From the NCBI GenBank assembly GCA_965221775.1, contig CBDCSU010000006.1, forward strand, positions 2,400,001-2,464,000: a DNA stretch of 64,000 nucleotides, given 5' to 3'. The translations under genes and the position numbers were made by a program. Shown piece by piece: positions 10,352 through 18,748 of this stretch (positions are counted from its first letter, which is position 1; each line of letters opens with the position of its first letter). Under the pieces are notes generated by a model. That model was given only the letters and a program-made list of their open reading frames with translations, did no database searches and was not told where the DNA came from. The DNA is from Candidatus Latescibacterota bacterium (GTDB lineage Bacteria > Latescibacterota > UBA2968 > UBA8231).

Positions 10352-10427
10352 GGCATGATTACCCTGCTAATCATGCTTGACAAAGGCATCCTCGGCGTAT
10401 TATCATGCTCATCATGCTTACTATGAT
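10352..10427 (+). promoter_or_regulatory. Sigma70-like promoter of the small-gene array, embedded in operator-like repeats
   Basis: TTGACA 10377-10382; TATTAT/TATCAT 10398-10406; inverted repeat GCATGATTA-N6-TAATCATGC; ATCATGCT at 10370, 10402, 10411. Confidence 0.65.
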
Positions 10428-10473
10428 CGCACACACACCCGATCATCTTACTGCTGAGGCAAGGAGGAATCCC

Positions 10474-10686
10474 ATGAGTGAGTTGACCACCGACCGGGCG
10501 GCGAGGGCCGATGCCGCTGCGGCAGGCTGCCACGTGGTCGAGACGTTGGCCGAGTGCCTGCCCGATGGCTCCGGCTTTCGGACCGTGAGGCGGGTAACCC
10601 GCTTCCGGATAGACAGCAGTCACGGACCCGCTTCGGAGATTCGCGAGGCTGCCGGCGAGGCGCTACGCGATCTGTTAGGAGGCTGA
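10474..10686 (+). CDS. Small hypothetical protein, first gene of array
   Basis: AAGGAGG RBS before ATG (MSELTTDR...). Confidence 0.65.
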   Translation: MSELTTDRAARADAAAAGCHVVETLAECLPDGSGFRTVRRVTRFRIDSSHGPASEIREAAGEALRDLLGG

Positions 10687-10690
10687 GGCC

Positions 10691-11233
10691 ATGTCCAAGA
10701 CCATCCGCACCATCACACCCGAGATGCACGCGGCTCTCGACGCGGACCGTGAGGGCCGGCTGTCTCCGCAGGCTCGGAGCGCCATCGACACCGCCGAGAA
10801 GGACTGGCAGATGGCGAGCCACGCCGCCCACCCCTCGCACTTCACCTTCGACACGGCAGGCGATCGGGAGTTCCTCGTCGCCCGGCGCCGTCGCGACGGT
10901 GCGTTTCGTCGCTACATCACCGTCTGCCACCGGATCGGGCGCAACTACTACCGCCCGTCCTCTCTCCGCAAGCGCGGCCTGAGCCCGATGATGCGTACCG
11001 CCGTGGCGGCGCATGTGCGCGAGGTCCACGAGGAGATCCTGACGGTGGAGGGCACGCCGCCGTCGAGCGCGGAGCTGATGTGCCTCGCCGCCCTGTTCGC
11101 CGCCGGCAACGACGACGGGCAGATCACGCCGGGGTTGGAGGCCATCGCCGCCGAGGCGGCCCGGATCGGCTTCCACACCGCCGACACGTTGGAGACGCGG
11201 CCGGACCCCCGGCTGCCCGAGGAGGCGGCGTGA
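10691..11233 (+). CDS. Phage-like hypothetical protein
   Basis: GGAGG RBS, GC3-biased codons, 180 aa. Confidence 0.7.
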   Translation: MSKTIRTITPEMHAALDADREGRLSPQARSAIDTAEKDWQMASHAAHPSHFTFDTAGDREFLVARRRRDGAFRRYITVCHRIGRNYYRPSSLRKRGLSPMMRTAVAAHVREVHEEILTVEGTPPSSAELMCLAALFAAGNDDGQITPGLEAIAAEAARIGFHTADTLETRPDPRLPEEAA

Positions 11234-11352
11234 TGGAGTGGACCCTCCGAGAGGTCGCCGGGGTGCTGATGTTCCTCGGCGGCCCCCTCGTCATCGGCCT
11301 GCTCCCCTCGCTCGACCGGTGGTTGGCGCGCCGGCGCGAGAGGAGGGGCTGA
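11233..11352 (+). CDS. Small membrane peptide
   Basis: MEWTLREVAGVLMFLGGPLVIGLLPSLDRW...; TGATG coupling at both ends. Confidence 0.55.
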   Translation: MEWTLREVAGVLMFLGGPLVIGLLPSLDRWLARRRERRG

Positions 11353-11585
11353 TGCCCAAGCCCATGATCGACCACGAGGCGCAGATCGTGCGCCCCATCA
11401 TCGACGAGCTCCCCGGTGGGCGCTTCCGGGGCCGGGTCGGGGGCTACCGCTCGACGCTGTTCACCCATGAGGAGGACGCGCAGGACTGGTGCGCCGACAT
11501 GGCTCACGAGGGTCTGCTGTCCGAGGGCGAGGACCCGGAGGACTGGGTTGTGCTGCCGGCCACCGTTCACATGGGAGGGAGCTGA
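11352..11585 (+). CDS. Small hypothetical protein
   Basis: MPKPMIDHEAQIV...; RBS and TGATG coupling. Confidence 0.65.
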   Translation: MPKPMIDHEAQIVRPIIDELPGGRFRGRVGGYRSTLFTHEEDAQDWCADMAHEGLLSEGEDPEDWVVLPATVHMGGS

Positions 11586-11776
11586 TGGCCTACCGTGCCG
11601 GCTTCCGCGCCATCCGCCGGGTGAGCGCCAACCCCACCTACCGGGAGTGCTGCCGCCAGGCTCACCGGACCGTGTGGCAGGCTCTGCGGTGCGATCCGGG
11701 CGCCGATTGGATCGAGTGCCCCCACGGGCGCAAGCACGACACCTGCCACGACTGCTACGCCGAGAGGAGGCGCTGA
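11585..11776 (+). CDS. Small Cys/His-rich protein
   Basis: ECC..CPHGRKHDTCHDC; TGATG coupling. Confidence 0.6.
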   Translation: MAYRAGFRAIRRVSANPTYRECCRQAHRTVWQALRCDPGADWIECPHGRKHDTCHDCYAERRR

Positions 11777-11922
11777 TGGATTGGGCGCAGGTCACCCTGA
11801 TGACCGTGGTGCTTGTCGGCCCGGTCCTCGCCGTCGTGTTCGCCGTGCTGGAGTGGTGGACGTGGTGGCGCGACGAACGGCGGGGGGAGCATCCCCCGCG
11901 CCGGTGCGGGAGGCCGTCATGA
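11776..11922 (+). CDS. Small single-TM membrane protein
   Basis: MDWAQVTLMTVVLVGPVLAVVFAVLEWW; coupled start. Confidence 0.55.
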   Translation: MDWAQVTLMTVVLVGPVLAVVFAVLEWWTWWRDERRGEHPPRRCGRPS

Positions 11923-12305
11923 CCCTTCGCGCCAGGATCGTCGACGTGCGCCGCCGGATCGCCGAGGGGTGCGGGCTGGTAGCCTCGATCGAGGCCGCAT
12001 CCACCACGGACGCCGAGTACAACACCCTCATGGATCTGTGCAACGCCGCCTGTGAGGACGACTACGACGGGCCGGACATGACGGGGGATCAGGCTCTCGC
12101 GATCCTCGCCAAGATGGAGCCCGTCTGGCTCTACACCGTGGTCGAGGCTGAGATGTTCGGCTCCTCGGCCTGGCTGGTGGTGCGCGAGGACGGGGCCGTG
12201 TGCGGCTACCGGCACGGGCTGTATCCGGCCCTCGAGTACGCCGTCGAGCGCATGGAAGCCGACGAGCGCACACGCCACCTGTGGGAGGAAGCCCCTTGCC
12301 GCTGA
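11919..12305 (+). CDS. Hypothetical protein whose stop codon lies in the hammerhead core
   Basis: ATGA overlap start (MTLRARIVDV...); TGA 12303-12305 is the UGA of CUGACGA. Confidence 0.65.
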   Translation: MTLRARIVDVRRRIAEGCGLVASIEAASTTDAEYNTLMDLCNAACEDDYDGPDMTGDQALAILAKMEPVWLYTVVEAEMFGSSAWLVVREDGAVCGYRHGLYPALEYAVERMEADERTRHLWEEAPCR

Positions 12306-12368
12306 CGAGTGGGCCGGCCGGCGGGCCGGCTCCGAAATGCCCCTTCGGGGGCATACGGCTATCCCGCC
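12298..12368 (+). ncRNA. Type I hammerhead ribozyme
   Basis: GCCG-CUGACGA-G-U-GGGCCGGCC(GGCG)GGCCGGCUC-C-GAAA-UGCCCC(UUCG)GGGGCA-UA-CGGC; all core bases and three stems present; loop II GGCG can pair with CGCC 12365-12368; predicted cut after A12355. Confidence 0.9.
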
Positions 12369-12400
12369 GAGAGCACCCCGTATCCCTTCAGGAGGGAACC

Positions 12401-13069
12401 ATGACCACCTTGCAGGACATCCCGACGGCGGCGCGCCTGCGCGAGCTCGCCGCCCACGTGGAGAAGCTGCCCAGGCAGCCGCTGCGCAACGGCTGCTACA
12501 AGCCGTCGCACATGGGCACCGGCAGCCTCTACGCGCCGCCCCGCGGCTTCAACATGAGCACCTACGCCGCCGCTCACGCGGCGCCGGACGGGGGCCGGTG
12601 CAACACGGCGGCCTGCCTCGCCGGCCACGCCTGCTCCCTGTGGACCGATCTGCCGGCCCACAACTGGGACGCCCACCACGGACAGATCGCCCTGGGGCTG
12701 CGAGCCGCCGAGCGCAACTGCCTGTTCATCCCGCAGATCGCCACCCTCCACATGCGGCCCGAGGTGAACGGCACGCTGTCGGAGATCGAGCCGGCCACCG
12801 CCGCCGAGGCGTGCCGCCGGCTCGCCGACATCCGGGGCGCCGAGTACGTGCACGGCGAGCGGTGGGAGCACTGGCCGCAGTTCGCCGGCGCCCACGACAA
12901 CGCCGTGGAGCGCATGCTGACGCGGCGCCTGTGGGGCACCCTGGAGAGCCTGCGCGAGGACGCGGAGCTGTATGACGGCATCCTGTGCCCGACGTGCGGC
13001 GAGGACTTCACGCTCGACCTGGTCTGCCCGGTGTGCGACCTGCGCCGGGTGAGGGGGGCCGGCGGATGA
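12401..13069 (+). CDS. Phage-type protein with FNM..C.T.AC.AG motif and C-terminal CxxC..CxxC
   Basis: RBS GGAGGG; FNMSTY..CNTAACLAGHA; paralog of 14222-14764. Confidence 0.7.
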   Translation: MTTLQDIPTAARLRELAAHVEKLPRQPLRNGCYKPSHMGTGSLYAPPRGFNMSTYAAAHAAPDGGRCNTAACLAGHACSLWTDLPAHNWDAHHGQIALGLRAAERNCLFIPQIATLHMRPEVNGTLSEIEPATAAEACRRLADIRGAEYVHGERWEHWPQFAGAHDNAVERMLTRRLWGTLESLREDAELYDGILCPTCGEDFTLDLVCPVCDLRRVRGAGG

Positions 13070-13272
13070 TCCGGAATCGGAAGCGCCGTCAGCACCTGGA
13101 GCAGTTCGGCATCGACGGCACCGGCACGGAGACCGACCTGTCGGCTCGCGCCGCACGCCGCTACCAGCTGGCGAAGGCCGGCCATCAGTTCGCGTGGCCG
13201 TCCTACCTGTGCGGCGAGGAGCTGCCGTGTGGGATGTGCGACGCCTGCGTTCGAGGGGGGGTGTTGGACTGA
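13066..13272 (+). CDS. Small Cys-containing hypothetical protein
   Basis: ATGA overlap; C-terminal PCGMCDAC. Confidence 0.55.
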   Translation: MIRNRKRRQHLEQFGIDGTGTETDLSARAARRYQLAKAGHQFAWPSYLCGEELPCGMCDACVRGGVLD

Positions 13273-13640
13273 TGGCCATGACCATGACCCCCCTTCGGGC
13301 TCTGCGTGCCGCGCGCCGGCTGCTGACCGACAACCGGAAGTGGTGCCAGGGGGCTTCGGCCCGTGACTACGACGGGCGCGCAACCGACGTGCATGACCCC
13401 CACGCCGTGGCCTGGTGCGCCGGCGGCGCCCTGTGGAAGGTGGTCCCCGGAACCCTGCACGGCATCGACAACGACGTGTGCGATCGCGCCCTCCAGCGGC
13501 TGTGCGAGGCCGCCACGGGGGAGACGGAGGCGAAGGCCGGCGCCGCCAACCTCAACGACGACAGCGACCACGTGGCCGTGCTGGCGATGTACGACAAGGC
13601 CATCCGCTTCGAGGAGTGGGAGGAGGAAATCTACGCATGA
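13272..13640 (+). CDS. Phage protein resembling DUF6197 family, copy 1
   Basis: WCQGASARD..AVAWCAGGAL..NDDSDHVAVLAMYDKAI (family name from memory). Confidence 0.65.
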   Translation: MAMTMTPLRALRAARRLLTDNRKWCQGASARDYDGRATDVHDPHAVAWCAGGALWKVVPGTLHGIDNDVCDRALQRLCEAATGETEAKAGAANLNDDSDHVAVLAMYDKAIRFEEWEEEIYA

Positions 13641-13983
13641 CCACCCTGGAAGCTCTCCGCGCCGCGCGCCGGCTCATCACGGACCCCCGGCACTGGTGCC
13701 GGAGGTCCTCGGCGAGAGAGGCCGACGGCACCAACTGCTCTGTCCACCACCCTGGGGCTCGCAAGTTCTGCGCCGCCGGCGCCCTCTGGAAGGTCACCAA
13801 CAGCTACCTCGGCGCCGAGCGCGAGGACGGCATCTCCGAGGCCGCTTCCCTGCGGCTTGCGAGGCGGCCGGCATGAAGATCGTCGACTTCAACGACGCGG
13901 ACACCACGGACCATGTGGCGGTCCTCGCCGCCTACGACAAGGCCATCCGCTTCGAGGAATGGGAGGAGGAGATCTACGCATGA
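13637..13983 (+). CDS. DUF6197-like copy 2, -1 frameshift at ~13857
   Basis: WCRRSSARE..KFCAAGAL; ends YDKAIRFEEWEEEIYA like copy 1; CGGCTTGCGAG lacks one base relative to copy 1 CGGCTGTGCGAG. Confidence 0.65.
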
Positions 13984-14225
13984 GCACGATTCGCGTCAGC
14001 GTCAGCAGCACCACCGTGGTGCAGATCGAGAACAAGGACGCCGAGCCTCTGCTCTCGATCATGGCGCAGCCCGACAACGCCCGGCCCTTCGTGTTCGTGC
14101 ACGAGGGCGCCGAGACGACGGTCCAGCCGTCCGACAACGGGAAGCAGCTCCACAGCCGCAACGCCACCGGCCACACCGTCGACGGCGGGATCGTCGTCAC
14201 CGTGGAGGAAGGAGACGGCTCGTGA
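13980..14225 (+). CDS. Small hypothetical protein
   Basis: MSTIRVSVSS...; ATGA overlap, GGAGGAG RBS. Confidence 0.6.
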   Translation: MSTIRVSVSSTTVVQIENKDAEPLLSIMAQPDNARPFVFVHEGAETTVQPSDNGKQLHSRNATGHTVDGGIVVTVEEGDGS

Positions 14226-14764
14226 ACTTCCCCACCCACCCCGTCACCGTGGCCCGGCTCCGGGAGTTGGCCGGCCACGTCGAGGAGATGCAGCACCTGC
14301 GCTTGGTCCTGGTCGACGCGCCGCCGGTCGAGGGGGCCGTCGTGTCCACGATCGCGGGGGGTCCCGAGCACTTCGACGCCTTCAACATGTCTCGGTACGC
14401 CGTCGACACCGAGTGCGGCACGGTGGGCTGTCTCGCCGGGCTCGCGTGTGGCAAGTGGGCCGAGGACGCCGACTCGTCGTGGTGGGGGTTCGCCAGCGGC
14501 ATGCGGGCGCTGCGCTTGGACACGCAGAACAAGGAGCAGTGCGAGTGGGCGCAGGCTCTGTTCGCGCCGCCGATGGGCGACATCGAGCTCGAGAGGCTGA
14601 AACCGACGACGGCGGCTCGCGCCTGCCGACGCTTGGCGGGCCTGCTGCACGCGATCGGGCAGTCGGGCCGGCCGTGGCAGTGCCACACGGACGCGGAGAC
14701 GCTCGCCGACGCGCTGTGGGGTCCCGAGGAGATCCTCTATCACGACGAAAGGAGCCCTGTCTGA
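14222..14764 (+). CDS. Phage-type protein with FNM..CGT.GC.AG motif, paralog of 12401-13069
   Basis: ARLRELAGHVE, FNMSRY..CGTVGCLAGLA, AARACRRLA shared with the paralog. Confidence 0.7.
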   Translation: MNFPTHPVTVARLRELAGHVEEMQHLRLVLVDAPPVEGAVVSTIAGGPEHFDAFNMSRYAVDTECGTVGCLAGLACGKWAEDADSSWWGFASGMRALRLDTQNKEQCEWAQALFAPPMGDIELERLKPTTAARACRRLAGLLHAIGQSGRPWQCHTDAETLADALWGPEEILYHDERSPV

Positions 14765-15063
14765 TGCAGATTCGCAGCCTCAAGCCAGTGCGCGGCGTGC
14801 TGGTGCGGATCCATACGCACCTGCGCAACGAGCCGAGTGCCGAGGACATCCGCACGTCGATCTCCGCCGACGAGTGCCGGCTCACGGTCTCGCATTCGGT
14901 CAACGATCCGGTGCCGCACGTCGACGACCTGCTGAGGATGTGGGCCGAGCACTACGTGCGGTGCCACAAGGTGGGCGTCACCGGCCTCGAGTACCGCATG
15001 CTGCCCGAGGAGGGCAGCGACCTTCTCATGGCCGTCCGCTTCGACGGCGATCCTTCTGACTGA
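14764..15063 (+). CDS. Hypothetical protein
   Basis: AAAGGAG RBS, TGATG coupling (MQIRSLKPV...). Confidence 0.6.
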   Translation: MQIRSLKPVRGVLVRIHTHLRNEPSAEDIRTSISADECRLTVSHSVNDPVPHVDDLLRMWAEHYVRCHKVGVTGLEYRMLPEEGSDLLMAVRFDGDPSD

Positions 15064-15073
15064 AAGGAGCCCC

Positions 15074-15236
15074 ATGACCACCTTCGATCCCCCCACCAAG
15101 TCCGACGCCGTGGTGCTGCGCGAGTTCTTCCGGCGCGACGGGCAGACCCTCGACCAGTTCCACGAGGAGCTGAAGGCTGGAGCCGGCCGACAAGCAGGAG
15201 TTGGCCGCGCTGGCGCGGGAGGAGCTGGCCGCGTGA
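15074..15236 (+). CDS. Small helical phage-type protein, frameshift at ~15179
   Basis: MTTFDPPTKSDAVVLREFFRRDGQTLDQFHEELKA then LEPADKQELAALAREELAA* in another frame. Confidence 0.5.
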
Positions 15237-15367
15237 TCGCCAAGGACGTACAGGCCGTGCTGAACTCCGCCCGGCGCTGGCTGGAGGCCGCCGAGGCGGA
15301 CGACGCCGACGCGATGGCGGAGGCCGACGAGGACCTGCACCAGTGCATGGAGGAGGCGCAGCGATGA
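15233..15367 (+). CDS. Small acidic protein
   Basis: GTGA overlap, GGAGGAG RBS (VIAKDVQAVLNSARRWLEAAEADDAD...). Confidence 0.5.
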   Translation: MIAKDVQAVLNSARRWLEAAEADDADAMAEADEDLHQCMEEAQR

Positions 15368-15528
15368 CCTGTCACTGCTGCCACGCCGAGACCCCCGATC
15401 CCCTGCACCGGGTCCTCGACGGCGAGGTGAGGCACGTCTGCGAGCCGTGCGCGGAGAGCATCGACGAGGCGTTGGTCCTCGACGGGCTCAGTGCCAACCC
15501 CGCTGATCCCGTCCTGAAGGGCGGGTAG
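15364..15528 (+). CDS. Small zinc-finger protein
   Basis: MTCHCC..VCEPC; ATGA overlap. Confidence 0.55.
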   Translation: MTCHCCHAETPDPLHRVLDGEVRHVCEPCAESIDEALVLDGLSANPADPVLKGG

Positions 15529-15591
15529 GTGCCGAAACGCGGGGGCCGACCGGCCCCCGCTTCGACGGGCCGCTCCCGTCCTGACGATGGC
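15520..15591 (+). ncRNA. Type II hammerhead ribozyme
   Basis: GCC-GAAA-C-GCGGGGGCC(GACC)GGCCCCCGC-UUC-GACGGG(CCGCU)CCCGUC-CUGACGA-U-GGC; loop I CCGCU can pair with GGCGG 15520-15524; one C-U mismatch at base of stem III; predicted cut after C15563. Confidence 0.8.
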
Positions 15592-15636
15592 TTCGCCGGG
15601 GTCGCTCCCCGGCCCACATCCCACTACGGAGGGAAC

Positions 15637-16272
15637 ATGCACGACATCGAGATCGCCCCGATCCGGCCGGAGAAGTGGCCGGACGACGCGAGGGCCTGGA
15701 CGCGGTCCACGGCCGATTTCCGGCTCAACGAGCGCCTGGGGTCCGCCCTGGCGCTGACCGTGGCCGGCGAGGACTGGTGGGTGGACGGCGCCGCCTGCTT
15801 CAAGGGGACGTGCCCGAAGGGCTACCAGAAGCGGCTGATGGCCGGCCGGCGCTGGCTCGATAACCCGGACCCGGCCGGCAAGGAGGCCGCGGAGAAGATG
15901 GTCCTGAGGCTGATGAACGAGGAGCTGTCGGACCCGCGCCGGTTCGTGCCCGCGTTCACCCGGATCAAGCCGCACCACTCGGGCCGCGGCGAGCAGCACA
16001 TCGACGTGTTCGTGCCGAAGGGGGCCACGAACCTGATCAAGTGGCGCCCCTTCGAGGCCCGCTACGTCGGGTTCGCGCTGCGCCGCTTCCGGGGCTGCCG
16101 GTTCACCCTCGGCAACAAGGGCGACACCCTGATCGTGCGCGACGACACCGGGGCGATGGTGGGCGCCATCATGCGGATGTCGATCCCGGCCGACGAGCGC
16201 CGGGGCGGGAAGCGCAAGCGCAGCGTCAACGGGGTCGTGCCGGAGCCGACGGAGGCCGCGCAGGCCGCGTAG
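15637..16272 (+). CDS. Hypothetical protein
   Basis: GGAGGG RBS before MHDIEIAPIRPEKW; strong GC3 bias. Confidence 0.7.
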   Translation: MHDIEIAPIRPEKWPDDARAWTRSTADFRLNERLGSALALTVAGEDWWVDGAACFKGTCPKGYQKRLMAGRRWLDNPDPAGKEAAEKMVLRLMNEELSDPRRFVPAFTRIKPHHSGRGEQHIDVFVPKGATNLIKWRPFEARYVGFALRRFRGCRFTLGNKGDTLIVRDDTGAMVGAIMRMSIPADERRGGKRKRSVNGVVPEPTEAAQAA

Positions 16273-16275
16273 AGC

Positions 16276-16346
16276 CCTTCAGGAGACCGAAATCGGGGGC
16301 GGGCCTGGGTGCCCGCCCTCATTCCCTTCTCTCACGAACCAAGGAG
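16276..16346 (+). repeat. Degenerate hammerhead-like junction module
   Basis: GAAA-..GGGCGGGC..GCCCGCCC-TC then CTCTCAC and AAGGAG, shared with the 17375 and 20981 copies; CUGAnGA absent. Confidence 0.55.
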
Positions 16347-16354
16347 ACGGAACA

Positions 16355-16594
16355 GTGAACAAGGAGCGACGGGACCGGATCAGGGGGCTGCGCGACGAGC
16401 TCAACGCGATCCGGACGCAGATCGACGACATCGAGGCGGAGGAGCGGGAGGCGTTCGACAACCTCCCCGAGAGTCTGCAGTACGGCGAGCGCGGCGAGAC
16501 CCTGAGCGCCGCCGCCGACAGCCTCTCCGAGGCGTCCGAACAGATGGACGCGGCCGCCACCCAGCTGGAGGAAGTCATCGGGGAGGGGAGCTGA
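16355..16594 (+). CDS. Acidic coiled-coil phage protein (MNK.RR..EE.EAFDNLPE.LQ..ERGE type)
   Basis: Recognisable small phage-protein pattern; AAGGAG RBS. Confidence 0.75.
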   Translation: MNKERRDRIRGLRDELNAIRTQIDDIEAEEREAFDNLPESLQYGERGETLSAAADSLSEASEQMDAAATQLEEVIGEGS

Positions 16595-16595
16595 C

Positions 16596-17378
16596 ATGCC
16601 GCAATACTACTTCCCCGCGCCCCTGGCCGAGGAGTTCACCGGCACCCCGGACACCACCGACATCATCTCGATCTACAAGGTGACCGGCGCGGCGCACGCG
16701 CCCTACTGGCAGGCGCAGGACTCGCGCGGATTCGTGAAGGCGGAGTGGACCCCGCCGGCGCCGCTGCGCGAGGACCTGCCGGAGACCGAGCGACGGAATC
16801 TGCTGGTGGCGTGGGCGCAAGCCTACGAGCGCAGCGACCTGGTGGAGACGCCGCCGACCGGGCAGCCCGCTTGGGTGTTCGTGCATCTGCACAGCGTCAC
16901 CGCGCCGGGCAACCCCTTCTACATGTACGCGGCAGTGAGGCCGAAGGCGGGACAGGCGTTCGAGCACATCCTGCGCTACGCCTCCTACGGCCGTCCGCAG
17001 GACTGGGACTGGCTGTTCCGCGACCTGGAGGACGGCGAGGAGCATAAGCGCGGCGAGCGGCCCCTGCAGCCCGAGTTGGCCCGGCTGCCGGAGCGCGATC
17101 TCGACGCCGAGAGCAAGACCGCGCTGCCCGACGGGTCCTCCATGACCGTCCTGGCTTCGTGGCCCAACGGCTACCGGTGCTACGAGAAGCAGACCGGCAA
17201 CGAGCGCTACGAGTGGCCGGACGGGAGCGCCATCACCGTCCAGGGGCAGGTCGCTTGGGACTTCGGGTTCTACCGCGACCGGCTCGCCGATCAGGCCGTG
17301 ATCGAGGCATGCGGCGACGACGTGGCCCCGATGTTCGCGTGGCCGGGAGAGGTGGCCGTGGCTGGCGAGCTGACCTGA
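16596..17378 (+). CDS. Hypothetical protein, paralog of the IS-interrupted gene 17484-20984
   Basis: Shared AWVFV, YAAVRP, DWDWL, EW.DGSAI, FGF, AVIEAC motifs. Confidence 0.75.
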   Translation: MPQYYFPAPLAEEFTGTPDTTDIISIYKVTGAAHAPYWQAQDSRGFVKAEWTPPAPLREDLPETERRNLLVAWAQAYERSDLVETPPTGQPAWVFVHLHSVTAPGNPFYMYAAVRPKAGQAFEHILRYASYGRPQDWDWLFRDLEDGEEHKRGERPLQPELARLPERDLDAESKTALPDGSSMTVLASWPNGYRCYEKQTGNERYEWPDGSAITVQGQVAWDFGFYRDRLADQAVIEACGDDVAPMFAWPGEVAVAGELT

Positions 17379-17472
17379 CGAACAACGGCGGCTCCAAGCC
17401 GTCCTGAGCGCCGGAAACGGGCGGGCACCCCGGGTGCCCGCCCTCACCAACCTCTCTCACAACCCGCAAAGG
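17375..17472 (+). ncRNA. Hammerhead-like structured RNA module (variant)
   Basis: CUGACGA 17375-17381 (contains the stop codon), expanded stem II, GAAA 17414-17417, long GC stem, UC 17444-17445; stem I not evident. Confidence 0.5.
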
Positions 17473-17713
17473 ACCTGGAAATCATGGCGATCCATTTGGG
17501 AATTATATACGAGTTTAGCCTTGGGCCTCATGGGAACCCGTCGTACATACGGGCGCGGACTGCTTCCGCCTGTGCGGTATGTCGGGTCGCCCCTCGAATA
17601 GAACAGCCTTCGGGCGAATAGGGGGGAACTTCCCGCGAAAGCGAGGCAGTCCGCAAACGGCCCGGCGCCACGCGGGAGCGCCGGCCCCACCCCCTCACCC
17701 AAGGAGGCGGACT

Positions 17714-18252
17714 TTGCGGACTGCCCTGATCTTCTCAACCCTGCTTCTCATGGCGTGCCAGGGCCGCCCGGCCCCGTAGGACCCTCAGGCCCTCCGTCCA
17801 GAGCCAAGGCGACGACCGATCAACAGGAGACGGCCGAGTGTATCGTGAATGAGATCACGATCACCGGCGACAACGTGCAGGTGCATGGGCTGTCCGTGGC
17901 GGACTCGGTGTACTACGCACGAGACACCCTGGAAGTCACGTCGGCGTTCTCCCTGATCACCTTCGACCTCAACTACTCCACGGACATCGACCAAGGGTCC
18001 CGGAAGGGCTGGGCCTACTACGATGACGCCATCGTCGCGGATGAAGTCCAGGGGGTTTTTCTGGCGGCCACGGGAGGCTACCAGGACCCGAGCGAATGGC
18101 AGCCGTTCAACCTGCTGGCAGCAGAGGAGGCCGGGTCCGACGAGACGCCGGAGTATGAGCTTGAAGACGGGGAGATCTACATCTCAGACCCGGACGATGT
18201 ACTGGCGTCCGAGTACGACGGGACACCGGGGCGTACAGGCGCTTCGTGGTAA
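17714..18252 (+). CDS. Passenger lipoprotein with Gly-Pro stretch, frameshift at ~17762
   Basis: AAGGAGG + TTG, lipobox LLMAC, continues as GPPGPVGPSGPP in the next frame. Confidence 0.6.
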
Positions 18253-18261
18253 CGATCCTGT

Positions 18262-18453
18262 CTATCCCGGCCCAGTGAGTTCTTCACGCGGGTCAGGCGC
18301 CTTGTCAGCGTAGGCGTCTGACCCGCGCTTCAGGTACCGCCAGTTCTTCTTGGGCGGCCCCGCCATGCAGGCCCGGGCGATCTCCTCCGGTGGAGCCGGG
18401 ATCTTCTCCGGCATCACGTGCTTGGGTGGGCGGCCGCGCTTGCGCTTCGACAT
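18262..18453 (-). CDS. Small basic passenger protein
   Basis: MSKRKRGRPPKHVMPEKIPAPPEEIARACMAGPPKKNWRYLK; AT-hook-like GRP. Confidence 0.65.
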   Translation of the reverse strand: MSKRKRGRPPKHVMPEKIPAPPEEIARACMAGPPKKNWRYLKRGSDAYADKAPDPREELTGPG

Positions 18454-18474
18454 GATCCAGAATCCCCCCCCTTC

Positions 18475-18747
18475 TTATCGGCGGCGGTAGATGTCGTGCG
18501 GGCCAACGGCTAGGGCTTTGGCTACTTCGGCATCACCGACCTCGAAAATGAATCTGAACTTGTCATTGAGCCTAACGCCGTGGCAACCCTTCCATGGACT
18601 TTCTAGGGTTTCCAGGTTTCGCCCTGGCGGAACCACCCCACAGATCAACTCGGACATGGCTGAAGCCAACTCAGTTTTCATTCTGGGGGGAAGAGATCGG
18701 ACGGCTTTTTCGAACTTTTTTGGTATATCGAAGGAGGATACCTGCAT
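18475..18747 (-). CDS. RelE/HigB-superfamily toxin
   Basis: ~90 aa; FEKAVRSLP..NLETL..VRLNDKFRFIFE..VGPHDIY; AAGGAG RBS. Confidence 0.7.
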   Translation of the reverse strand: MQVSSFDIPKKFEKAVRSLPPRMKTELASAMSELICGVVPPGRNLETLESPWKGCHGVRLNDKFRFIFEVGDAEVAKALAVGPHDIYRRR

Positions 18748-18748
18748 A

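Noticed and set aside
7805-10400. Many overlapping ORFs in the origin-like region
   Set aside because: Low-complexity Pro/Arg/Gly translations without RBS or codon bias; only 8860-9159 was kept.
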